A DNA stretch of 55,275 nt from Gammaproteobacteria bacterium. Its GTDB lineage: Bacteria > Pseudomonadota > Gammaproteobacteria > JABXHR01. The stretch is from NCBI GenBank assembly GCA_013373515.1, contig JABXHR010000089.1:1-55275 (forward strand), in the 5' to 3' direction. The notes under the pieces were generated by a model. That model was not told where the DNA came from, did no database searches, and worked only from the letters and a program-made list of their open reading frames with translations. Position 1 is the stretch's first letter; each line of letters starts with the position of its first letter. Position numbers and translations under genes: made by a program. Below are positions 1-8,261 of this stretch, one piece after another.

Positions 1-187
1 TGGCGCGGGTGTAGCCGTCGGCCATCATGCCGCCAGAGCCTTCGTGTGCACAATCCCAGAACATGATGCCCGCTTTTGGGAAAATATCGGAGATGGGCAT
101 AAATGCCGATCCGATAATGCCAAACGCGTGTTCGATGCCATGCATCTGCAGGACTTTTACAAATGCTTCTTCAGTCGTCATTTTCAT
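1..187 (-). CDS. xsc: Sulfoacetaldehyde acetyltransferase (ThDP-dependent), N-terminal fragment; gene runs off the left edge
   Basis: Reverse translation from ATG at 187 gives MKMTTEEAFVKVLQMHGIEHAFGIIGSAFMPISDIFPKAGIMFWDCAHEGSGGMMADGYTRA. This matches the Xsc N-terminus as I remember it. It sits next to tauR and tpa. Confidence 0.85.
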   Translation of the reverse strand, partial: MKMTTEEAFVKVLQMHGIEHAFGIIGSAFMPISDIFPKAGIMFWDCAHEGSGGMMADGYTRA

Positions 188-249
188 GGGGATGTGCTCC
201 AAAGGCTAGGTTTGCGATGGCAGAACATTACCTTATTGTGTTGGTTTGG

Positions 250-282
250 CTAGGGCCAGATTTTTTTGAGGTTTATGGCCAG
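250..282 (-). promoter_or_regulatory. Putative TauR operator A upstream of xsc: direct 10-mers CTGGCCCTAG and CTGGCCATAA (minus-strand reading), 23 bp centre to centre
   Basis: Plus strand CTAGGGCCAGA-N12-TTTATGGCCAGTT is nearly identical to the element at 3575-3607. It lies 63 nt upstream of the xsc ATG. Confidence 0.6.
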
Positions 283-283
283 T

Positions 284-1747
284 TCAAGCCAGTTCGTCAA
301 TCGCCTTTCGGATAAGAGAGATCCCGTGGTCAATCTTTTCTGGTTTAATCGATGAATAGGCAAGACGGTAGTAGTTTTGCGCTTGTGATCCCGGGGCAAA
401 AAACGGCGCGCCAGCGTCGATTAAAACGCCCATTTCCGCGAGTTTTGCGGTGAGGATCTTGGTGTCGATGTGTGGGTGCGTTTTCATCCAAAAACTCGAC
501 CCGCCGAGCTCGGGAGAGCTGGCAAACTCTAGCCCATGAGCTTCAATTGCACGGCGCATAATTTCGTGCCGCTCGCGGTTGGCGCGCGCCATGCGTCTGA
601 GCTGGCGGTCGTAGAACCCAAGTGACTGAAAATAGGCCACCGTGCGTTGGGTGTGATTGGGCGGATTGCGCAGCACCACGCTACGAAGCGCGCGGGCTTG
701 AGCGATGATGGTGGGGCTGGCCACCATGTAGCCCATTCGCAGCCCGGGAAACAATGATTTGGAAAATGAGCCGACGTAAACCACATGGCCGTCGCTATCT
801 AAGGCCTTCAGTGCGGGCTTTGGCGCATTGCGCAATTGGTTTTCGATTTCGTAATCGTCCTCGACGATGATAAATCGATCGCGTTTGGCTTTTTCGATCA
901 GGGCTTTGCGCCGCGCCGCTGGCATTGAAATATTGGTGGGGCAGTGGTGGCTTGGGGTGGCGAACACCACACTGGTGTTGTCTGGAATGTGTTCAAGCGG
1001 AAGGCCTTGCTCATCGACATCCACTGCGGTGACTTTACATTGGTGGCTGGTGAGCATATTGCGCAAAGTGGGGTAACAGGGGTTTTCGATCACTGCGGTG
1101 TCGTCTGGCCCTAAAAATAATTGTGCGCAAAGCCAGAGCGCATTGAGTGCCCCCATGGTGATCAATATTTGATCTTCGCTGGCTTGTATGCCGCGCTGCG
1201 GCAGGTTGATTCGCATCAACTCTTGGAGCAGCAGTGGGTCGTCGCTTTCGTAGGTATCGAGTGTTAACACGTCAAAGTCACGTCGCCCAAGGGCTTCGAG
1301 CGAGCACTGGCGCCAGCGATGATGATCGATCATAGAGTGATCGGCTTGGCCGTAGATAAAACAGTAGGGGTACTTACGCCAATTGGCTGGACGATTGAGT
1401 TTGTTTTTCAGTGCCGAGTATTGCTGGGTGAAGCGGGGTTCGAATTGGGCGACCTGGGCGTCACCGTTGATCCCCAGCGCGATATTCGCAGGCTGGGCCG
1501 CCACATAGTAGCCGGAGCGATCTTTGGACACCAAATGACCGGCCGCAGCTAACTCTGCGTAGGCCAACGACACGGTAATGCGGCTGATGTCCAAAAAGTT
1601 GGCCAAGCTGCGAGTAGAGGGCATTTTGCTGTCCGCGGCAAGCTTGCCGGTGTGAATGCCTTCGACCACTTTGATCTGGATTTGTTTTTGTAAGCCTCGG
1701 TGCGAGTCGCGGTCGATGGAAAAAAACACCAGAGGGACATCATTCAT
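284..1747 (-). CDS. tauR: MocR-subfamily GntR transcriptional regulator (HTH plus PLP aminotransferase-like domain), probable taurine regulator TauR
   Basis: The N-terminal GntR HTH (PSTRSLANFLDISRITVSLAYAELAAAGHL) is followed by a fold-type I aminotransferase-like domain. It lies between tpa and xsc. I prefer the ATG at 1747 to the TTG at 1804 because it fits the usual MocR N-terminus. Confidence 0.8.
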   Translation of the reverse strand: MNDVPLVFFSIDRDSHRGLQKQIQIKVVEGIHTGKLAADSKMPSTRSLANFLDISRITVSLAYAELAAAGHLVSKDRSGYYVAAQPANIALGINGDAQVAQFEPRFTQQYSALKNKLNRPANWRKYPYCFIYGQADHSMIDHHRWRQCSLEALGRRDFDVLTLDTYESDDPLLLQELMRINLPQRGIQASEDQILITMGALNALWLCAQLFLGPDDTAVIENPCYPTLRNMLTSHQCKVTAVDVDEQGLPLEHIPDNTSVVFATPSHHCPTNISMPAARRKALIEKAKRDRFIIVEDDYEIENQLRNAPKPALKALDSDGHVVYVGSFSKSLFPGLRMGYMVASPTIIAQARALRSVVLRNPPNHTQRTVAYFQSLGFYDRQLRRMARANRERHEIMRRAIEAHGLEFASSPELGGSSFWMKTHPHIDTKILTAKLAEMGVLIDAGAPFFAPGSQAQNYYRLAYSSIKPEKIDHGISLIRKAIDELA

Positions 1748-1872
1748 GTAGCGATCCAGCTGCTTGGACAGCGCGCCATGGCGCGAATGACACAAGCATG
1801 ACAAGTGAGACCTCGAGACTCAAGTGGCGATGGTAAATTTCTCATCTTAGGATCGTGTTTTTCGCACATCGA

Positions 1873-1902
1873 GCAAAAAAAAGGAACTCGAATGAGTTCC
1901 TT
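1873..1902 (-). terminator. Rho-independent terminator after tpa
   Basis: Minus-strand reading: AAGGAACTC-ATTC-GAGTTCCTT (9-bp perfect stem) followed by T8, about 30 nt after the tpa stop. Confidence 0.8.
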
Positions 1903-1933
1903 AAGTTTTGCCTTTTTCGGCAATCTTCGTCAA

Positions 1934-3322
1934 TTAACCGAAGACTTCTGACAATCGTAGATCGATGCAGCTCACAATTTCGTCGATATCGTCTTTGGTC
2001 GAAATCAATGCCGGCGACAGGCAGAGCGTGTTGTTGAGGCCGGGTAGTGAGCGGTTGGTCGCGCCAATAAGCACACCGGCTTGGGCCGATTTACCCACCA
2101 CCTGCTGCACCATTTTCTCGTCAGCCGGTTCGCGGGAATCACGATCTTTAACTAGCTCAACACCAAGGAATAGGCCTTTGCCGCGCACTTCGCCGATGCA
2201 GGTGTGCTTATCCTGGAGCTCGCGCAGTTTGTCCATGGCGTAGTCGCCCATCTGGAGGGTGTTTTCCAACAGGTTTTCTTCGATAATGATGTTCATGTTT
2301 TCAATGGCAGCGGCAGGGCCGGAGGTACATCCACCGAAGGTCGAAATGTCGCGGAAATAGCTCATTGGGTCTTCGGCATTGGCCTTGAACATGTCGAACA
2401 CTTTCTCGGTGGTGACGGTGCAGGAAATCGCCGCATAACCGGAAGCAACCCCTTTGGCCATGGTGACGAAATCTGGCTCGATGCCGTAATGCTGATAGCC
2501 AAACCATGTGCCGGTGCGGCCAACGCCACACACCACTTCATCGATATGCAGCAGGATGTCGTACTTTTTGCAGATTTCCTGCACGCGAGGCCAGTAGCTG
2601 TCTGGCGGTACGATGACGCCGCCGCCCGCGGTAATGGGCTCTAGGCAAATCGCGCCAACGGTGTCAGCGCCTTCGCGCAGGATGACTTCTTCAATGGCAT
2701 TCGCTGCCGCAATGCCGTAGTCCTCGGCATCGGGGAATTGGTTGCGGTACTCAAGGCAATGTGGCACTTCGACAAAGCCCGGTGTATAGGGGCCGTATTG
2801 GGCGTTGCGCTCTTGTTGGCCACCGGCGGACAAACAGGCGATGGTCGTGCCGTGATAATCCCGCTCGCGATATAGAATCTTCGATTTTTTTCCGCCGTAT
2901 ACGCTGTGCGAGAGCTGGCGCACCATTTTGAAGACTTTTTCGTTGGCTTCGGAACCAGAGTTTGAGTAATACACGCGGCTCATGCCGGGCATTTTGTCGA
3001 GCAGCATTTTGGCGAAGTTTGCACCGGGCACAGAGCCCGCAGCGCCAGCGAAGTAGTTCATCTTGACCAGTTGCTCGCGAACTGCATCGGCGATGCGCTC
3101 ACGTCCGTAACCAACATTGACCGTCCATACGCCACCAGAGACCGCATCGAGGTGCTCTTTGCCATGGATATCCCACACGCGCATGCCTTTGCCTTCGACA
3201 ATAATGCGAGGGTCGGCGCCTGTGAAGAAAGGTGCGTGTTGGGTGAGGTGATGCCAAACGTGGGCACGATCGGCTTCGACCACATGGGCCAGTTCGGCAG
3301 CAGCTGCTAGATTTTGATTCAT
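1934..3322 (-). CDS. tpa: Class III (omega) aminotransferase, probable taurine:pyruvate aminotransferase
   Basis: Class III aminotransferase features are present (DEVVCGVGRTG, MAKGVASGY Lys motif). The context is xsc, tauR and tauABC. The ATG at 3322 follows GGAGAA; the longer ORF start at 3385 has no SD. Confidence 0.8.
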   Translation of the reverse strand: MNQNLAAAAELAHVVEADRAHVWHHLTQHAPFFTGADPRIIVEGKGMRVWDIHGKEHLDAVSGGVWTVNVGYGRERIADAVREQLVKMNYFAGAAGSVPGANFAKMLLDKMPGMSRVYYSNSGSEANEKVFKMVRQLSHSVYGGKKSKILYRERDYHGTTIACLSAGGQQERNAQYGPYTPGFVEVPHCLEYRNQFPDAEDYGIAAANAIEEVILREGADTVGAICLEPITAGGGVIVPPDSYWPRVQEICKKYDILLHIDEVVCGVGRTGTWFGYQHYGIEPDFVTMAKGVASGYAAISCTVTTEKVFDMFKANAEDPMSYFRDISTFGGCTSGPAAAIENMNIIIEENLLENTLQMGDYAMDKLRELQDKHTCIGEVRGKGLFLGVELVKDRDSREPADEKMVQQVVGKSAQAGVLIGATNRSLPGLNNTLCLSPALISTKDDIDEIVSCIDLRLSEVFG

Positions 3323-3574
3323 TAATGTTCTCCTACGGTGCGCGGCGGCGCGTTCTACAGACCGTATCGCATGCGAACGAGGCAAGCGGCGTGTCCAAAC
3401 TCATGTATATACATCCAAACGGCGATGGCGGTTTATCAATTTGCGTACTCACAGCACGTTGCATTTGCATTGGAAATCGCCGCGCTGCATGGCGGGCGAA
3501 TATGCTAAGCCGCTACAGCCGAACTGGTGCGCCGTTTGGGTGAGCTAAGAGTAATGGCAGAGTGAAAGCACGTT

Positions 3575-3607
3575 ATAGGGCCAGAACTTCTCAAGTTTTA
3601 TGTCCAG
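3575..3607 (-). promoter_or_regulatory. Putative TauR operator B in the tpa/tauA intergenic region: CTGGCCCTAT and CTGGACATAA, 23 bp apart
   Basis: Plus strand ATAGGGCCAGA-N12-TTTATGTCCAGTT has the same bipartite layout and spacing as 250-282. Confidence 0.6.
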
Positions 3608-3896
3608 TTTTCAGAAGTCGCGACAGGAGCAAATTGGCTATGTTAGCCTCCGATAAGTCGCGCATTTTGAGAACGGTTGCACATTGATGGAGAATCGCTG
3701 TAGCAACAAGCACTTGAAAGTGTGGCCAACGCTGCCGGTAGTCAAGTTCTTCGAGAATATCTCTAGTGAGGTAGTTTCTTTGGGGATGATATTAGGGTGA
3801 CGTTTGCAGGACAGCGATAGATGGAACACTGTCCTTAAGATGTTTCTAAGCCTTGTTTGGCTTTACAAATAAACCAATTGATAGGGGATGTTTTAG

Positions 3897-4895
3897 ATGA
3901 AATTAAAAAACAAACTGATCTCAGCCGCTGCGTTGATGACTGCCTTTGCAGGCATCAACAACGCCGCTGCAGATGAAATCACCGTTGGATATTTCTTAGA
4001 GTGGCCAATGCCGTTTGAATACGCCAAAGTCAAAGGCATGTACGACGACGCACTTGGCATGACCGTCAATTGGGTATCGTTCGATACTGGTACTGCAATG
4101 TCTGCGGCGATGGCGTCTGGCGATGTTCATATTTCAGTTTCACAGGGTGTTCCACCGTTCGTTGTGGCAGCTTCTGGCGGTCAAGATTTGCAGATTGTTG
4201 ACGTCGCGGTGAGCTACTCAGAAAACGACAACTGCGTGGTCGCCAGCCGCCATGAAATCGACAAAGACAGCGCCAAAGAACTCGAAGGCAAAAAGGTCGG
4301 CGTACCGCTGGGTACGGCTGCACACTATGGCTTCTTGTCGCAAATGAGCCACTTCGGCGTTGATATTTCGACTATGGAAGTCGTCGACATGGCACCACCT
4401 GATGGTGCAGCGGCCTTTGAGCAAGGCAATCTCGATATGGTGTGTGGCTGGGGCGGTTCGCTTCGTCGCATGAAGGAGCATGGCAATGTGCTGCTCACCG
4501 GTGCGGAAAAAGAAGAGCTCGGTATTCTCGTATTCGACGTGACCTCAGCGCCTGCTGATTGGGCGGCTCAAAACGCCGACACGATGGCGAAATTCTTGAA
4601 AGTCACCGCAGACGCCAACGCGATGTGGGCTGCGGGTGAAAACAAGGCAGAGATGCTATCTGTGATTGCCAAAGACGCCGGTATGGATGAGGCAGCCACC
4701 GAGGCAACCATGGCCACCTTTGTCTTCCCAACCATCGAACAGCAGCTGAGCAGCAAGTGGCTTGGCGGTGGCGCTCAGAGCTTTATGCTCGGTGTTGCCA
4801 AAGTCTTTGAAGACGCCGGCTCAATTGAGAGCGCACTCGACAGCTACGAAAGCCGCGTTGATGCAAGCTATCTCACTGCAGCGAGCAAAATGTAA
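3897..4895 (+). CDS. tauA: NitT/TauT-family periplasmic substrate-binding protein (taurine/sulfonate type)
   Basis: It has a signal peptide (AFAGINNAAA/DE) and looks like an SsuA/TauA-type binding protein. SD AGGGGA lies 9 nt upstream. It is the first gene of the ABC operon. Confidence 0.75.
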   Translation: MKLKNKLISAAALMTAFAGINNAAADEITVGYFLEWPMPFEYAKVKGMYDDALGMTVNWVSFDTGTAMSAAMASGDVHISVSQGVPPFVVAASGGQDLQIVDVAVSYSENDNCVVASRHEIDKDSAKELEGKKVGVPLGTAAHYGFLSQMSHFGVDISTMEVVDMAPPDGAAAFEQGNLDMVCGWGGSLRRMKEHGNVLLTGAEKEELGILVFDVTSAPADWAAQNADTMAKFLKVTADANAMWAAGENKAEMLSVIAKDAGMDEAATEATMATFVFPTIEQQLSSKWLGGGAQSFMLGVAKVFEDAGSIESALDSYESRVDASYLTAASKM

Positions 4896-4949
4896 ATCGC
4901 TAGGGGGCGGGTTCTCCGTCCCCTCGTTTCTCTGTGGAGTTCAAACAAT

Positions 4950-5753
4950 ATGTCTTTAGAAATCGACAACGTATCGATGCGTTTTGACCTGCCCGGTGGT
5001 GTGAGTGTTCAAGCGCTGAAAGACGTTTCGCTCAATCTCAAATCCGGTGAACTTCTCTCGGTTTTGGGGCCATCAGGATGTGGCAAAACAACCCTTCTGA
5101 ATATTTTGGCGGGGTTCCTCGCGCCAACCTCAGGTGAAATTCGACTCAATGGTCATCGGGTTACCGGCCCAGACGCCGAGCGCGGCATGGTGTTCCAGCA
5201 GGGCGCGCTGTTTGAATGGATGAATGTTCGTGAGAATGTGGGTTTTGGCCCACGGATGAAAGGGGCACCGGCCAAGGAAACCGCAGAGCTGGTCGATCAC
5301 CTGTTAGACACAGTGGGCCTCGGTGACTTTAAAGACAAGTCGACCTATGAGCTGTCCGGCGGGATGCAGCAACGTGTGGCATTGGCCCGTTGTTTGGCCA
5401 ATGATCCCGACGTCATTTTGATGGACGAGCCCTTGGGAGCGCTCGATGCGCTGACGCGCGAAAAAATGCAGGGCTTGGTGCTTAAGCTTTGGAAAGAGAC
5501 GGGCAAAACGGTCATTTTGATCACCCATTCGGTAGAAGAGGCCTTGCTGTTGGGCGAGCGCTTATTGGTGATGGCGCCGCGACCTGGCCGCATTCACAAA
5601 GAATATCAATTGCCTTTTGCGGAGCGCGGCGTCAACGCGGATCTGCGTCAGGTTAAAAAAGACAAAAATTTCTCTGAAACCCGCGATGAAATCTTGTCGA
5701 TGATTTGGGAAATGGAAGAAGAAATCATGGGAAGAGCGGAGCAATCGGCATGA
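4950..5753 (+). CDS. tauB: ABC transporter ATP-binding protein (taurine/sulfonate type)
   Basis: Walker A GPSGCGKTT, signature LSGGMQQR and Walker B ILMDEP are present. The stop overlaps the tauC start (ATGA). Confidence 0.85.
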   Translation: MSLEIDNVSMRFDLPGGVSVQALKDVSLNLKSGELLSVLGPSGCGKTTLLNILAGFLAPTSGEIRLNGHRVTGPDAERGMVFQQGALFEWMNVRENVGFGPRMKGAPAKETAELVDHLLDTVGLGDFKDKSTYELSGGMQQRVALARCLANDPDVILMDEPLGALDALTREKMQGLVLKLWKETGKTVILITHSVEEALLLGERLLVMAPRPGRIHKEYQLPFAERGVNADLRQVKKDKNFSETRDEILSMIWEMEEEIMGRAEQSA

Positions 5754-7024
5754 CGGGACTATCCATTCTACTCGGCTATATCTTGCTATTTGTGGTGTGC
5801 TTTGGCGTGGTGCGTGCCATCACCGCGCGGCGAAAAATCAACGACCACAATTCGCTGATGACGGTCACGTTCGGCTATGAAAGTGCCGTTGTGCCGAATC
5901 GAGCAGCATCGGTATTGTCGGTGTTGGTGATCTTTTTGATTTGGGGCATGTTTACCAATTCTTCTTTGGTGCCTATCTCGGTACCAGGCCCGTTTGTCGG
6001 CAATGCAGAATTCACCTATACCGCAAAAAATGCAGCCGGTGAAACCGACGACGCCAAGGTGGTTGTACTGGTGCACGAGCCTGATGCTGAAAACACCGAT
6101 GCGCCAGAGATTGAGCCCGGTGATGGTTTTGCGAAATCCGACGGCTACGCGATGCAAATTTGGCGCTCTAAGCTTCTGAAGGTGCAAACCAACGACGAAG
6201 GTGGCAAGGACGACAGTTACCAAGTGATCGCTGTCAACGGTCAGCCCATTGCACCTGATCAAGAGGTCGCTACAGACTTTGGGGCAGTGAGTATGACCTC
6301 CAAGGGCACGCTGAATGTGAAGCCCAAAGAGGGCTTGTTGATGCAGCCGCTCTATCTCCCCTCACCAGAAGCCGTGGTGGGTCGATTGGGCGATTTGATG
6401 GCCGAGGGCTATAAAAATATCGGCCTATTTGAGCATATTGGTTATTCGTTGTATCGCGTCATTTTGGGCATGATCTTGGGCTCTTTGGTCGGCATTCCGT
6501 TGGGTTATGCCATGGGCTTATCCGGTTGGGCTCGCGGTTGGTTTGATCCAATTGTCGAATTTATGCGCCCAGTACCACCATTGGCGTTGATTCCATTGGT
6601 CATTATCTGGTTCGGCATCGGCGAGACCGGCAAGATTGTGCTGCTGTTTTTGGCGGCGCTATGGATTATGGCGATTGCGGCCCGCGCGGGTGTGGCAGGC
6701 GTGAACATCAGTAAAATTCGGGCGGCGTATTCACTCGGAGCGTCGAAGGCCCAAATTATGCGTCACGTCATTGTGCCGAACTCTTTACCCGAAATTTTCA
6801 CTGGTGCACGGGTGGCCATGGGCGTTTGTTGGGGCACGGTGGTGGCCGCAGAACTGGTGGCTGCAAATGAAGGCGTCGGCATGATGATTATGGGTGCGTC
6901 TAAGTTTTCGCAGACCGATATCGTTATCGTGGGCATTATCTTGATCGGCATCATCGGCTTTGGTATCGACGTGCTGATGCGTGTTGCAGAAAACAAATTG
7001 GTGCCTTGGAAAGGCCGCGCCTAA
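5750..7024 (+). CDS. tauC: NitT/TauT-family ABC permease with an extra N-terminal TM segment and an inserted periplasmic domain of about 130 aa
   Basis: The C-terminal 210 aa align by eye with E. coli TauC (PVPPLALIPLVIIWFGIGETGKI, EAA loop). The ATGA overlap with tauB sets the start at 5750. Confidence 0.8.
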   Translation: MTGLSILLGYILLFVVCFGVVRAITARRKINDHNSLMTVTFGYESAVVPNRAASVLSVLVIFLIWGMFTNSSLVPISVPGPFVGNAEFTYTAKNAAGETDDAKVVVLVHEPDAENTDAPEIEPGDGFAKSDGYAMQIWRSKLLKVQTNDEGGKDDSYQVIAVNGQPIAPDQEVATDFGAVSMTSKGTLNVKPKEGLLMQPLYLPSPEAVVGRLGDLMAEGYKNIGLFEHIGYSLYRVILGMILGSLVGIPLGYAMGLSGWARGWFDPIVEFMRPVPPLALIPLVIIWFGIGETGKIVLLFLAALWIMAIAARAGVAGVNISKIRAAYSLGASKAQIMRHVIVPNSLPEIFTGARVAMGVCWGTVVAAELVAANEGVGMMIMGASKFSQTDIVIVGIILIGIIGFGIDVLMRVAENKLVPWKGRA

Positions 7025-7046
7025 ACCTTGTGAAGGAGTTTGGTTC

Positions 7047-8261
7047 ATGAAAGTGTTCCAAGGTCAATTTACTCAGCAAGAACCGATTAGCGACGCCGCG
7101 ATTGATGCGGCGGTCGCTGTGCTCAAAAGCGGTCGCATCCATCGTTACAACACGCTCGATGGCGAGTTGGGCGAAGTGGCGCAATTGGAGGCGGAATATG
7201 CCGCTTGGCAGGGGACACAATTCTGTCTGGCCGTCACTTCGGGCGGTCAAGCCATGCAAATCGCCATGCGTGCGCTTGGGGTGCAGTACGGTGATGTGGT
7301 GTTAACCAATGCCTTTACATTAGCGCCGGTCCCTGGTGCGATTGAGGCCGTCGGTGGCGTGGCACGCTATGTCGAAATTGATGAAAACTTGCGTTTAGAT
7401 CTCGGCGACCTTGCCAACAAGGCCAAAACCTCTGGTGCGAAGTTCTTGTTGCTGTCGCATATGCGCGGACATCTTTGCGATATGGATGCGCTGATGCAGA
7501 TCTGCGATCAGCACGGTATCGCTGTGATCGAAGATTGTGCCCACACCATGGGTGCTAAATGGAACGCGACGCGCTCGGGCAGTTTTGGCCGCGTGGGGTG
7601 CTTTTCAACCCAAACCTACAAGCATCTCAACTCTGGTGAAGGGGGATTTTTGTGCACCGACGATCCAGAGATCATTGCCAAAGCCACCATTTTAAGCGGT
7701 AGCTATATGCTGTATGGCCGTCATGGCGCAGGGCCAGACGCGTCAGCTTATGATGAGCTAAAGTACCTCACACCTAATTGCTCAGCCAGAATGGACGCCT
7801 TGCGTGCAGCCATTTTGCGCCCACAGCTTGCCAATATCGAGGACAGCATTCAGCGGTGGAACGAGCGCTACGACACGCTTGCGCAAGTGCTCTCCACGCA
7901 TAGTGCGGTGGCTTTGCCGGTGCGCCCTCAGCAAGAGTCAATGGTGGGTTCCTCACTGCAATTTCGAGTGCCGGCGTTTAGTGCGTCGCAATGTGAGGCC
8001 TTGCTGACACAGGCTGCCAAGCAGGGGGTGGAAATAAAGTGGTTTGGACGTGCTGAGCCGGTTGGGTTTACGTCTAATCACACCAGTTGGCGTTATATGC
8101 CAGCGCAAACCTTACCGACCACTGATCGTCTTTTGTCGACATTATTTGATTTGCGCTTGCCGCTGACCTTTAGTCTTGACGATTGCCAATTGATTGGCGA
8201 AGTCATTTTGGAGGCGTTGCACACTGTCGACGCCGCCCAGTTTGGCAGTATTTCCCTTTAA
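7047..8261 (+). CDS. DegT/DnrJ/EryC1/StrS-family PLP-dependent aminotransferase
   Basis: The family motif with the catalytic Lys is present (FSTQTYKHLNSGEGGF). SD GAAGGAG lies 8 nt before the ATG at 7047, which is 22 nt after the tauC stop. Confidence 0.8.
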   Translation: MKVFQGQFTQQEPISDAAIDAAVAVLKSGRIHRYNTLDGELGEVAQLEAEYAAWQGTQFCLAVTSGGQAMQIAMRALGVQYGDVVLTNAFTLAPVPGAIEAVGGVARYVEIDENLRLDLGDLANKAKTSGAKFLLLSHMRGHLCDMDALMQICDQHGIAVIEDCAHTMGAKWNATRSGSFGRVGCFSTQTYKHLNSGEGGFLCTDDPEIIAKATILSGSYMLYGRHGAGPDASAYDELKYLTPNCSARMDALRAAILRPQLANIEDSIQRWNERYDTLAQVLSTHSAVALPVRPQQESMVGSSLQFRVPAFSASQCEALLTQAAKQGVEIKWFGRAEPVGFTSNHTSWRYMPAQTLPTTDRLLSTLFDLRLPLTFSLDDCQLIGEVILEALHTVDAAQFGSISL

